64,000 nt of DNA from Candidatus Bathyarchaeota archaeon (GTDB lineage: Archaea; Thermoproteota; Bathyarchaeia; Bathyarchaeales; Bathycorpusculaceae): positions 448,001-512,000 of the forward strand of contig CAWDYC010000004.1 of the NCBI GenBank assembly GCA_963806535.1, given 5' to 3'. The notes beneath the pieces are model-generated. The model ran no database searches, was not told where the DNA came from, and saw only the letters and a list, made by a program, of their open reading frames with translations. Position numbers and translations under genes: made by a program. Position 1 is the first letter of the stretch. Each line of letters starts with the position of its first letter. Below are positions 39,246 to 49,476 of the stretch, piece after piece.

Positions 39246-42071
39246 ATGAGGGACTTAATCGTGAAAAAGAAGCTATTTGCTATAGCTTTCGTATCCGCTC
39301 TTCTGCTCTCGGCGGTAGCCGGGTCAATACATGTTACTAGCTTTGGTGTTGCGGGTTCAGTTGCTAATGATTGGCCAATGTTTCAATATGATGCGGCACA
39401 CTCTGGTTCACCTGATAATACAGCTCCAACCAGCTATGATTTGCTCTGGAGCTTCAATACACTCACCAATACTGGAAGCGTCCCGCCGAGCATACTTAGT
39501 TCATCTCCTGCTGTAGTCGGCGGCGTAATTTACGTCGGCTCAGACGACGGAAACCTATACGCTGTGAACACCTCAACTGGAAGTCGCCTTTGGAACCGTA
39601 CACTTGGAGATTTTGCGGTAACATCTCCAGCCGTTGTAGGCGGCGTCGTTTATGCTAGTGTTTGGGAGGGGCGTGATTACGCTTTGAATGCTTCCACTGG
39701 CGCCGTAATCTGGAATACCTCAAGGATGTACAGTTATTCGTCACCCGCAGTCTCCAACGGACTGTACTATGTATGTTCAAGCAGTAACGTTACGGCTGTA
39801 AATATTTCAAATGGAAACTTAGTTTGGAATTATACATTGAATAGCAATGGAGATGGATCTCCAGTTGTAGTGGGGAATACCGTTTATGTCACTGATTATG
39901 GCTACGCCTACGCTTTTGATGCGTCAACTGGCACACTTAAGTGGAGTTATTTCATGAGAGCAGGCAATACATTCAATTCTCCTTCAGTTGCTAACGGAAT
40001 TATTTACTCGGGATGCGAGGGAGATTCCTTCTATGCGATAGATGCATCGACTGGACTTCAAATATGGAATTACACGACTGGCGGAACACAAACTTGCACT
40101 CCATCTGTTGTTAACGGTATTGTGTACTACGGCTCAATTACTGGAGGTGTTTATGCTCTCAATGCAGCCACGGGGGCTAAAATTTGGAACTACAAATTAC
40201 CGCAAAATGTCTGGGTTGGTTCCTCTTTTGCTATAGCGGGTGGTGCCGTTTATGTAGGCGGTAATGATGGGAACATTTATGCTTTGAACGCGAATACAGG
40301 CGATAAATTATGGAGTTATGGCACTGGTAATGGCGGTATAACCGCTTCTCCAGCTGTTGTTAACGGCGTTCTTTATGTAAAAAGCAATAATGGATTTCTC
40401 TACGCGTTTGGCAAAGCTGTTAATTCTTCAATTTCTTTATCGCCTATGTTTGGCCCCGCTGACCAAACCGTTACTGTTTCGGGAACTGGCTTTGCTCCAA
40501 GCTCATCAATAACAACCACTTTCGGAGGGGCATCAATCACTTTGACAGGTGGTTCGACCGTTGATTCCTTGGGGCATTTCTCTGCAAGCTTTGCCATCTC
40601 TTCTTTTGGCCCAGGCACTTATCCTGTTTTAGTTAAAGACACATTCGGCAATTCAGCATCTTCCTCGTTCATGGTTATCCCCGCTCCGTCAATGTTTTGG
40701 CCAATGCTTCAGCACGATGTTACCCGTTCTGGTTCACGCGATAATATTGCAGCAGTTGACAATCATTTGCTTTGGGCTTTCCCCGTGGACAAAGGGCCTC
40801 TCATGAATTCAATAGCTTCTTCTCCCGCAATAGTCGATGGCATAGTTTACGATGCTTCACAGAATGGCCTTGTTTATGCCTTAGACGCATATACAGGTGT
40901 ATGTTACTGGAGCTTTAATGCTGGTGCCCCTGGCATGGGTGGAATCCTTTCTTCGCCAGTTGTTAGTGACGGCGTTGTATACATCGGAGGTGGCGACAAT
41001 AACCTTTATTCATTAAATGCATACTCTGGAGCTAAAATATGGAGTGCCCCTCTCAAGGACCCCACATTTTCAAGTCCTGCTGTTTCAGGAGGAATGGTTT
41101 ATGTTGGCACATGGGATGGCAATGTTAGTGCCTTCAAAGCTTCCAATGGTCAATGCTTGTGGAATTTTAAGACAGGCGGTTATGTGCTTTCTTCTCCTGC
41201 CGTTGTTGGCAATGTTGTTTATGCGGGTTCAGTAGATGGTGACGTTTACGCCTTGAATGTAGCGAATGGTGCCTTAATCTGGAAATATAATACTACTTCG
41301 GTGTATCCTTATGGAGGCGTTTCGTCTTCGCCAGCTATTTCAGGCGGAGTAGTTTACATTGGTTCCAATGATGGTAATGTCTTTGCTTTAGATGCCTCAA
41401 ATGGCAATAAAATCTGGAATCATACAATAGGGCGCTTAGGTTCTTTCCAATCACCTACATTTGCCGACGGTGTTGTTTACATGGGTTCAGATGACGGAAA
41501 TGTTTATGCGCTCAATGCTGCAACGGGTGAAAAAATGTGGAACTATAGCACTTCCACTTTTCCAATACAGTCAACCCCAGCTATTGCAGGAGGAGTAGTT
41601 TACGTGGGCTCAAACGATGGTAACGTCTATGCACTAGATGCTGCAAGCGGCGCTAAGTTATGGAATTTCTCTACTGGCAGCTACATTCGTTCGTCTCCAG
41701 CAATTGCTTACGGTGTTATCTACGTTGGCGTAGGCAACGGAGCAATATACGCTATTGGCACGCCTCAATCTTCGATAGAACCCGCCCCAACTCCAACACC
41801 CACCCCAACTCCGACTCCAACTCCAGCAGTAACCCCTGCACCAGCCTCCACGCAAGCCCCAACGTCTTCTCCCGCATCAACATCAAAAACTGAACCTTCA
41901 ACTACGCCTACTCACTCAACAACAACTGGTCCATCCACAATCAATAATGGTAACTCGGCAGGCTCCTCAATTCCCGAGTTTCCAATGTTAACAATTCTTT
42001 CGCTAATCATAATGTTCGCTACTGGTTTGGTCGTCTACTTAAAGAAACGCAAAGCAGATAAAGTCAAATGA
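39246..42071 (+). CDS. PQQ-like (BamB-type) double beta-propeller surface protein with Ig/IPT linker, Pro/Thr stalk and PEF-CTERM
   Basis: Two WPM(F/L)Q(Y/H)D starts, many SSPAV.GGVVY.GS.DG.VYAL.A..G..W repeats, IPEFP-TM-KKRK. Confidence 0.9.
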   Translation: MRDLIVKKKLFAIAFVSALLLSAVAGSIHVTSFGVAGSVANDWPMFQYDAAHSGSPDNTAPTSYDLLWSFNTLTNTGSVPPSILSSSPAVVGGVIYVGSDDGNLYAVNTSTGSRLWNRTLGDFAVTSPAVVGGVVYASVWEGRDYALNASTGAVIWNTSRMYSYSSPAVSNGLYYVCSSSNVTAVNISNGNLVWNYTLNSNGDGSPVVVGNTVYVTDYGYAYAFDASTGTLKWSYFMRAGNTFNSPSVANGIIYSGCEGDSFYAIDASTGLQIWNYTTGGTQTCTPSVVNGIVYYGSITGGVYALNAATGAKIWNYKLPQNVWVGSSFAIAGGAVYVGGNDGNIYALNANTGDKLWSYGTGNGGITASPAVVNGVLYVKSNNGFLYAFGKAVNSSISLSPMFGPADQTVTVSGTGFAPSSSITTTFGGASITLTGGSTVDSLGHFSASFAISSFGPGTYPVLVKDTFGNSASSSFMVIPAPSMFWPMLQHDVTRSGSRDNIAAVDNHLLWAFPVDKGPLMNSIASSPAIVDGIVYDASQNGLVYALDAYTGVCYWSFNAGAPGMGGILSSPVVSDGVVYIGGGDNNLYSLNAYSGAKIWSAPLKDPTFSSPAVSGGMVYVGTWDGNVSAFKASNGQCLWNFKTGGYVLSSPAVVGNVVYAGSVDGDVYALNVANGALIWKYNTTSVYPYGGVSSSPAISGGVVYIGSNDGNVFALDASNGNKIWNHTIGRLGSFQSPTFADGVVYMGSDDGNVYALNAATGEKMWNYSTSTFPIQSTPAIAGGVVYVGSNDGNVYALDAASGAKLWNFSTGSYIRSSPAIAYGVIYVGVGNGAIYAIGTPQSSIEPAPTPTPTPTPTPTPAVTPAPASTQAPTSSPASTSKTEPSTTPTHSTTTGPSTINNGNSAGSSIPEFPMLTILSLIIMFATGLVVYLKKRKADKVK
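41786..41826 (+). repeat. Pro-Thr coding tandem repeat (CCNACN units)
   Basis: Encodes PTPTPTPTPTPTP. Confidence 0.7.
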
Positions 42072-42253
42072 ATAAAGGTTCTGCCTTAGTGCTTGTCATC
42101 CTTAACCAAAGTGTGATGGCTTTATGTACGATGCAGGTTCTTTCAGTTCGGTTTCAGTACCAAGGCAGCATTACCCTTAATGCTGAAGGCACAGTAAATC
42201 CATCTACAGAGCCAATCAGACGAGCATGCCTTACAAATTTTCGCAAGTTATAA
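42068..42253 (+). pseudogene. 5' stub of a NosD/CASH-type surface protein paralog
   Basis: MNK-signal..ITLNAEGTVNPSTEPIRR parallels IFIKPNGGVDPSTAPISK of the next gene. Confidence 0.6.
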
Positions 42254-42285
42254 AAGTTCTACGTACCAACTTTACCTTGACTGCT

Positions 42286-44643
42286 ATGAATAAAACCGTT
42301 GTTATCATTTTTGTGTTTGCTATCGTTCTTGTTTCAATAGATTCCGTGCAACCTGTGCATTCTGCTTCTTTGGGAAAAATTTTTATTAAGCCAAACGGAG
42401 GCGTTGACCCTTCAACTGCTCCTATTAGCAAAAGTGGAGAAACCTACATGTTAACTGGAAATATAGGAATTCAAGTCGTGTTGGAAACCGACGATATTAT
42501 CCTTGAGGGTAACGGCTACTCGCTTCGGGGTAGCGGAAGTGGAGTTGGAATAAACATGACTTGCAGTAACGTTACCGTGCAGAATCTCAACGTAATCGAC
42601 TGGGAAGATGGGGTATTGGGTGTTTTCAATAACAACACCATTAAAAACTGTCTGATAACCCAATGCTACAACACGGCAATCGGAATATATGCTCAATCTT
42701 ATGCCATAATAGATAACAATATTGAATCAAATAATAATGGCATCGTGATCGGGCAAGGCGGACTAAACTTTATTGAAGGCAATAACATTGCCAACAATAA
42801 CAATGGTATTTATTTTTATGATTCAAATAATGAAATAGTCCAGAACAATTTTGAAAACTGTAGTCAAAGCGCAATAACTATTGACGCTTCAGGAGGGCGC
42901 CAAATTGTTTACAATAATAACTTCGTTAATAACCTGAAAGATCTGAGTGACTACACCTATAACAGTTTAGAAGGTCCTTCACAGTTTTCTTTTTGGGATA
43001 ACGGTTCAACCGGCAACTACTGGAGCGACTACACCGGCTTCGATACAAATGGAGGTGGCATTGGTGACACACCGTTCATGATACCGACTTACCTTGAGTA
43101 CAATGAAACAGCTCCAAACGGTTTTGTTGACCGTTACCCACTCATTTCACCCTTTAATTTCATCACCCCAATTCCTCAATTTTCCATCAATTTTTCGCAA
43201 ACAACTTTGCCTCAACCAGTTTCAAACTCAACAGGTCAAGCAATTGCATTGTCCTTTTTGAAAAACGTTATCCAGCTTGATCTTAGCAAATACACTGCGA
43301 CTCTAACTTCCGACGTTTCCCGAACACTTAATCCTGAGACTTCGGCAGAGTATCTAAGTTATTCACTAGTTTACTTCCGAGATGGCTCTGAAAGAACAGC
43401 CGATGCGTACCTGACAATCAGTAATAACTTGGTAACTTCTGTGTCTTTGGAACCAACAGGCGGCTCACTGCTTTTCACTTATACGTTCTCTAACAATTTT
43501 GATACAGCAAGAAAAATTATGCAAAACTATCAAACTTCCAGAAACGATCCAGACTTGAACAAAATGGTGAAAATGCTAAACACAGTAGGCTCAGCAAAAA
43601 ACATGACCGAACTTTTGGACAACTTGGGCCTCAAAGTATTGACATCACCTGCACAAACAACGTTTAATTGGAGCTACATTTACAACGGAGTCGATTATTC
43701 GAGTGTGAGATTAGCACTGCAAAATAATTACGTTTTTTCCATCCTGACTTTCTCTGATAATCGAGGGATTTACAACATAGGCAATACAAACATTAACATC
43801 CCCCAGCAACAAGCCATCCAAATTGCCAAGGACTATGTTAGAGAACTTTCTTACCCTATAAATTATGGGAACGGGACAATCACAACGGTTAATGGCTTAA
43901 ACATTAACGAAACAAACACCATTGCAAACCTATCGGCAACAAGCCTAGACTCAGCGACTCTGTACCCTTTTTGGAGTGTGCAAATGCCCCTTGACCACAT
44001 TTACCCTGGAAAAACCTTTGCCGTTACAGTGGGCGTTTGGGCCGGCAACGGAACAGTTTTCAATGCTCAAAGAGACATTAATCCATTGTCTTCCACAGTG
44101 CCATCTTTAGTTCCATTTTCATTATTGGCATTTATTCCAATACTAGCAATAAGCTTTGTTGCTTTCATTATTGTTGTTGTTTCGCTCCTTTTTCTGATTA
44201 ACGGGAGCATTCGTAAGAACAGGTCAGTTGAAGACTTATTTGTTTCAGGAAGATCCACTCAGGAGGTTAAAGATGAAGTATTGAGATGGTTTAAGAAGAA
44301 TAAAGTTGATGTTGTGGAGACTCATGAAGACCTTGTAAAAGGTCGCTGGGGAACTGGAATAGTGACAGCCTCAAAGTACTTTGAGATTTCTTTTAAGCCG
44401 ATAAGAAGCGGAGTTGCAGTGCACGCAGAAGGTTGGATAAGCATCTTTGGTATTACTGAACATAGTTTTTCACCCGCAGCTTTAATGGGATGGATTCCTC
44501 GAAGAGAAGGTTGGTGCGCAAATGAAAAACTTTTAACAGCAATAAAAGCAATGTCGACGATAACTAAAATCTGTCCCCAATGCGGCAGGGCTGTAAATGA
44601 AGACGTACCATTTTGTCAATACTGCGGCAAACAACTTAGCTAG
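42286..44643 (+). CDS. Chimeric membrane protein: NosD/CASH beta-helix + PepSY/YcdB-like domain + TM + cytoplasmic domain + zinc ribbon
   Basis: Asn-rich beta-helix repeats, WDNG..GNYWSDY..GIGDTP..DRYPL, shared domain with 4180..5289, CPQCG..CQYCG. Confidence 0.8.
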   Translation: MNKTVVIIFVFAIVLVSIDSVQPVHSASLGKIFIKPNGGVDPSTAPISKSGETYMLTGNIGIQVVLETDDIILEGNGYSLRGSGSGVGINMTCSNVTVQNLNVIDWEDGVLGVFNNNTIKNCLITQCYNTAIGIYAQSYAIIDNNIESNNNGIVIGQGGLNFIEGNNIANNNNGIYFYDSNNEIVQNNFENCSQSAITIDASGGRQIVYNNNFVNNLKDLSDYTYNSLEGPSQFSFWDNGSTGNYWSDYTGFDTNGGGIGDTPFMIPTYLEYNETAPNGFVDRYPLISPFNFITPIPQFSINFSQTTLPQPVSNSTGQAIALSFLKNVIQLDLSKYTATLTSDVSRTLNPETSAEYLSYSLVYFRDGSERTADAYLTISNNLVTSVSLEPTGGSLLFTYTFSNNFDTARKIMQNYQTSRNDPDLNKMVKMLNTVGSAKNMTELLDNLGLKVLTSPAQTTFNWSYIYNGVDYSSVRLALQNNYVFSILTFSDNRGIYNIGNTNINIPQQQAIQIAKDYVRELSYPINYGNGTITTVNGLNINETNTIANLSATSLDSATLYPFWSVQMPLDHIYPGKTFAVTVGVWAGNGTVFNAQRDINPLSSTVPSLVPFSLLAFIPILAISFVAFIIVVVSLLFLINGSIRKNRSVEDLFVSGRSTQEVKDEVLRWFKKNKVDVVETHEDLVKGRWGTGIVTASKYFEISFKPIRSGVAVHAEGWISIFGITEHSFSPAALMGWIPRREGWCANEKLLTAIKAMSTITKICPQCGRAVNEDVPFCQYCGKQLS

Positions 44644-44668
44644 AAAATGAATCCTGAACTAAAAAAAA

Positions 44669-44881
44669 TTAAGTGCTTATTCTTTTCCTAATTTCTTCGA
44701 CTTGTTGGGGTGTAAACACTTCTTCTTCACAAACGGGGCATCGAAGCGCCTTTACGTTTGAAGTAATAGTGCCGTCAACTTCAAAGTCAAATTCCACTTC
44801 TACGTATTCCACGCAACAGGTCGGGCAAAGCAACGCACCTGCTTTTGTGATTCTTGCTTTATTCGGTGAATTTTTTTCCAA
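44669..44881 (-). CDS. YgiT-type zinc-finger protein
   Basis: CPTC...NVKALRCPVCEEEVFT. Confidence 0.7.
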   Translation of the reverse strand: MEKNSPNKARITKAGALLCPTCCVEYVEVEFDFEVDGTITSNVKALRCPVCEEEVFTPQQVEEIRKRIST

Positions 44882-45340
44882 GCTCTTCTGCCCAAGCCTC
44901 AACCTTACTCAAATCCGTATTATCCACCATGGTTTTTCTGAAATATCTTTATGCGTCCGCCGAAGGCTTCTGCGCTTACAGCGTTGATTTGTGGGAACTT
45001 CGATAACGTGTTTTCTACAAATTTGGCTTTTGCAGCATCATAGCTTTCCTGCTTAGGAGTGCCTGCCCAAGTAGGAAGAAACAAAAAAAGCAACCTTTTT
45101 CCCAGTGAAGTCGTTTTCAAGAAACTTTATCGCTTTACTGTAAACTCTGCCCATCCTAACGCCTCCACCAACAACAACGTTTTTGTATTGAGTTAGGTCA
45201 AGCACTTTTTGCTCTTTCAGGTCAACCAAATCAACTTCTATCTGGAATTTTGAACGCAAAACTTCAGCGATTTTTCTTGCTGACTCTTCAGTTGCGCCAC
45301 CTTTAGTTTCATACGCTATAAGCGTCTTATTTGCATCCAT
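44859..45340 (-). CDS. Flavodoxin-domain protein (Flavodoxin_5/HemG-like), frameshifted
   Basis: IAYETKGGAT, VVVGGGV, KVAFF, FGGR, then VEAWAEEL. Confidence 0.8.
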
Positions 45341-45342
45341 TT

Positions 45343-45698
45343 CTAAGAGCTACCGTGTGACTCTTCGTTTGGCGCCAAGTTTTGTGCCGCAGCTATGACA
45401 GAAAACTGAGCCGTTTGGATTCTTTGTAGCGCATTTGGAGCAGGTTACAGTTTGTGGTTGTGAGGAGGTTTTTGTTGCCAATTTTCTCTTGCTTTCTGGA
45501 TTGCTGAATGGGTTTCGCGTGCCGCTATGTTGAATGCTTTTTCAAGTTCTATTCCGACTTGGTAGAACAGCATCTCGTAACTCATCAGCTGGATAAACTG
45601 GCTTTTGCAGCTTTGCCCTTCTCAGTTTTTGTGCCGCATTTCGGGCAGAAATAAGCGTCATCAGCTATTTGTGATCCACAGTTTGAACAGTAAACCAA
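45343..45698 (-). CDS. Double zinc-ribbon protein (several frameshifts; absent from ORF track)
   Basis: Manual translation VYCSNCGSQIADDAYFCPKCGT... and CSKCATKNPNGSVFCHSCGTKL. Confidence 0.75.
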
Positions 45699-45794
45699 TT
45701 TTTTCACCGTAAATATGCATGTTTCACTGGTGAATTTAAGCCTTTACTGAACCAAAAAAGAAGAAAATTAAGAAAGAAAATATGGGTTGACTGC

Positions 45795-47158
45795 TTATTC
45801 TACGAGTTTGTGTCTGGCTTCTTCTATGAGTTTTACGGTTTGCAGTCGCCATGGCTCGAAGTTTTGCGGTGATGCTTGGGTATGTGTTGTAGTGTGCGCT
45901 GAGTCCCCGCATCATTGTAACAGTTAAGCGGAGTTTTTTGAGGAATCCTACGCGTCGTATGCCGCGGAACACTCGTTTTGCGGTTTCTGTGATGTTTAGG
46001 TGGAAGTCGTCGCCCATGCCTGCTTTGAGAACGTCATCTTCAGTCATGAGTTTTTCGTACATGCCATAGTTAAGGTCTGCGTCGCTGCAGGATAAGAGGA
46101 ACATCTTGAAAATGTCTAGGGTTCCTTGTTTCTTGCCATAGGTGTCGATGTATTTCTTGTTGTAGCCCCAAAGCGCCTCTTTTGTCGGTTCACCTTTGCT
46201 TAGGGCTTCAACGATTTGTTGTCCTGCAAGATAGCCGCTAAGCATTGAAGGTCCGATGCCGCCGCCGTGAATTGGATTAACTAATGAAGCAGCATCACCA
46301 GTCAATACGACACCATTTGAAACCATGTTGTCTAATGGTCTGCGTACTGGATCAAACCATGAGCCACCAGTTAAGACCGTGGAACCTTCAAAGATTGGTC
46401 TCTTAAATGCTGTTTCGTAGAGTTGCTGTTTGGGGTTAGGATAGTTTTCGCGCATGCAGGTGCCTATGCCCACGTTGACACGGGCGCCGCCTTTGGGGAA
46501 AATCCAGATGTAGCCGCCTGGTGAGGCTTTTTGGTTAAGGTAGATTTCGCAGAAGCGGGTGTTTTCGGTTTCTTGTTTGAGTTGGCGAATTTCTCGGTAG
46601 CATGCTTCGACATCTTCGTTTGCTATGTCGCGATCTATGCCCATTTCGGCAGGTAGTTGTTTGCGTACCATGCCAAAGTAGCCAGTAGCGTCAACCACAA
46701 CCTTACTTCGCATCTCTGCAACTTTGCCAGTTTTCATGTTTTTCGCAGTTATGCCTGCTACTGCGCCTTTCTCAATTATGGGTGAACGGAAATTCATGTT
46801 ATCTTGCAGGAGTGCACCTTTGTCGGTTGCTTTCTTGAGCAGCCACTGCCCGAATAGTCGTCTGTTTAACAGGAAACCGACGAAGTCTTTGTCTGCTATG
46901 GTGAAGACTGGTGTTTTCGTCTGGGGAGTAGATTTTTATGCCGTCAATTTTTGCTTCCAATTCGCCGCCTGTGGGTTTTTCCAACCCCAAAAATTTGAGG
47001 TGATGCTCGCCTAAGGCGTCGCCGCAGATTTTTTCTCCAATTTCTTCACGGTTTTTCTTTTCTATCATGCAGACTTTTAAGCCTGATTCAGACATGGTTT
47101 TTGCTGCTAAGCAGCCTGCTGTTCCTGCGCCAACAACTATGGCGTCGTATTTTTCCAA
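45795..47158 (-). CDS. Geranylgeranyl reductase-family flavoprotein (frameshifted)
   Basis: YDAIVVGAGTAG, KICGD, DATG, GGYIWIFPKG, GDAA..NPIHGGGI. Confidence 0.88.
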
Positions 47159-47227
47159 TGATTTTATCCTCCAAGTTGATGTAATTTGTATACCTTGTTG
47201 TATTAGTAAACCCTTATAAATTATGAA

Positions 47228-47700
47228 GTGAGCCAAACTACACCGAGTGTAAGCCAAATGAGTGCCCCATTAACGTTAAGCGCTGAATTCCGCAAAATCG
47301 TTGAAGCCCGCATGAACCAAGTTTTAAAGGGCGTTGAAGAAACCTTCAACCAAATAATAGAAACCCAAAAAATAACGCCGACCGAACTCAAAAAAGAACT
47401 TGACAGCCTACAAGAAAGCTTCAATCTACTTTTTCAAAAATGGAGCCTTGAAATCCTCTACACACTGCTGCTTAAAGATGCCATCGGCTTTGGCGAAATA
47501 AAAAAAATCTTAACCGTCAATTCCCGTACACTCTCAGACAAGCTTGAAGATGCTTCAGAAACATGGTTACATAACAAGAAATGTAACTGCTGGTCCACCA
47601 TTGCGCGTGGAGTATGCTTTAACTGCTAAAGGAAAAAACACTGTGCTCTTGGCTTTGCCTCTTCTGTACTATTCAAGCTCAGCTGAAGTTAAGATCTTAA
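47228..47700 (+). CDS. HxlR-family transcriptional regulator (frameshift near 47545; end approximate)
   Basis: KWSLEIL, SRTLSDKL, PPLRVEYALTAKG. Confidence 0.85.
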
Positions 47701-48205
47701 TTGGCTTCTTCTCATTTCGTCTAAAAGATTGTCCCAGACTTGTCGTTTCTTTAACGGTTTCGAAAACCATGCATGTCAGCGTCTTCTCTAAGCCCTTAAT
47801 TAACCGCAACTTATCGACCACGAACTTGCCTACGGCATCAACATTTTCAGCGCGAAGCTTAACCAGCAAATCCCAGTCGCCAGTAATTATGTAGACTTCT
47901 TGAACTTCTGGAAAACGTGCAATTTCTTCTGCGACAACTCTTTGGGAAACTGGAGTATCGTCGGATTTTGACCTGTAGGAGACGGATGCTAAGATGAATG
48001 CTGCTGTGCCTAAATTCAATTTTTCCGGGGCGAGAATGGCTCGGTACTGTTTTATTATGCCGAGTTCTTCCATGCGTTTTGTTTTTGCGAAAACGGTGGT
48101 TATTGGTGAACCAATTTTTTTGGCGATTTGGTTGGCTGTGAGTTTGCTGTTTTCCTGTACCAGTTTGAGTATGGCTATGTCTTTTTCATCGAGTTTAATG
48201 CTCAT
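47669..48205 (-). CDS. Lrp/AsnC-family regulator (true stop probably near 47721)
   Basis: LDEKDIAIL, RMEELGII, ITGDWDLLVK. Confidence 0.92.
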   Translation of the reverse strand: MSIKLDEKDIAILKLVQENSKLTANQIAKKIGSPITTVFAKTKRMEELGIIKQYRAILAPEKLNLGTAAFILASVSYRSKSDDTPVSQRVVAEEIARFPEVQEVYIITGDWDLLVKLRAENVDAVGKFVVDKLRLIKGLEKTLTCMVFETVKETTSLGQSFRRNEKKPIKILTSAELE

Positions 48206-48220
48206 ATGTAAATATTACAT
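48206..48220. promoter_or_regulatory. Palindrome ATGTAA-ATA-TTACAT at the Lrp start
   Basis: Perfect 6-3-6 inverted repeat in the divergent intergenic region. Confidence 0.4.
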
Positions 48221-48332
48221 GTTTTAGCTATAAAACCTTGTGTTTTTCGTAATTTATTCATGTTTTATTATAAAAAATTTATTATCTGCTTTGCACAGTG
48301 TATTTTCAACATATCAAGTAAAGTGATCAAAA

Positions 48333-49300
48333 TTGAAACAAGAATTAATTGAAACACCAAAACCGTTAGATCAACTTACTCCAACCGAATTAGAAAGAAA
48401 AGCCTGCATAGGCAAAATTATGACTTACACACTAAAAAGTCTCACAAACACTTTTGTAAATGATGGTTTCCAATGGCTGCTTCCAGTAGCCCTGAGCCAA
48501 AGCACCGACCCGCTCTGGCCAGATCCAGGAGCATCCATCGAGAAAAGAATCGAAGTAGACATCTACGGCAAACCAGTACGAACCACAGCAAGCATGATCA
48601 TCCACAAACTGGTCGCCTCATCCACAGCCTACCCGAAACTGTTCATACTTTCACCCAACATACGCATCGAAAAAGCAGAACGCGCCAAAACAGGCAAGCA
48701 CATCTACGAGTTTACGCAGCTTGATTTTGAAGCAAGAGATGCAACTTCAAAAGACATCATGACTTTGGTCGAAGATGCCCTCTGTACACTTGTGAAAGAT
48801 TTGAAGCGTGAAATGAAAAGCGAATTAACTACACTTTGCCGATGTGACCGACACTGAAAGCTCCAAAGGCTCCTTTCAAAGTCTATGACCGCGTTGAACT
48901 TGAAGCAAAGTACGGTGCAGACGGTTGGGAAGCAGGCATAGCCAAAGACATTACAGAACCGGTTTGGGTAATGAACATTCCCCGAGAATTCTACGATTAT
49001 GAAGACTTCAAATCTGGAAAATGGGATAACTATGACTTGTTCCTGCCACAGTTCGGTGAAGTACTATCAGGCGCCAAACGTGAATGGGAATATAGCAAAA
49101 TCTCAAAGAAAATTGAACGCGACCAAGTCAAAAAAGAAAACTATGCATTAGTGCTGAAGATGGCTAAGGAAGGACGATTGAAACCTACTGCTGGCGGAGG
49201 AATTGGCATGGAACGTTTAGTGGGATGGATTGCAGGTGTTAAACATATTGGTGAATGTCAACCGTTCCCAAGAATTCCGGGCACTGTAAACGAACTTTAG
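48333..49300 (+). CDS. asnA: Archaeal asparagine synthetase A (AspRS-like, no anticodon domain); frameshift near 48845
   Basis: TDPLWPD, SMIIHK, SPNIRIE, YEFTQLDFE, REFYD, GEVLSG, GGGIGMERL. Confidence 0.88.
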
Positions 49301-49476
49301 GGAATGTGTAAAGAAAGCGACTTGGAGAACCATACAATCTCACTTCTTTTCTTTGTCATGCACAAAGTTTTTAATTGACTTATGCACCACTGTGAAAGGA
49401 AAGCAATTATATTGCATAAAACCTCTGGGTTAATCCTGAAAATTGGGTTTCAATCTCAGAGCCAGCAATATTTAAG

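Noticed and set aside
39480-41760. Nucleotide repeats in the PQQ gene as DGR template/variable repeats
   Set aside because: Differences are not adenine-specific and track the beta-propeller blades; no reverse transcriptase in the window
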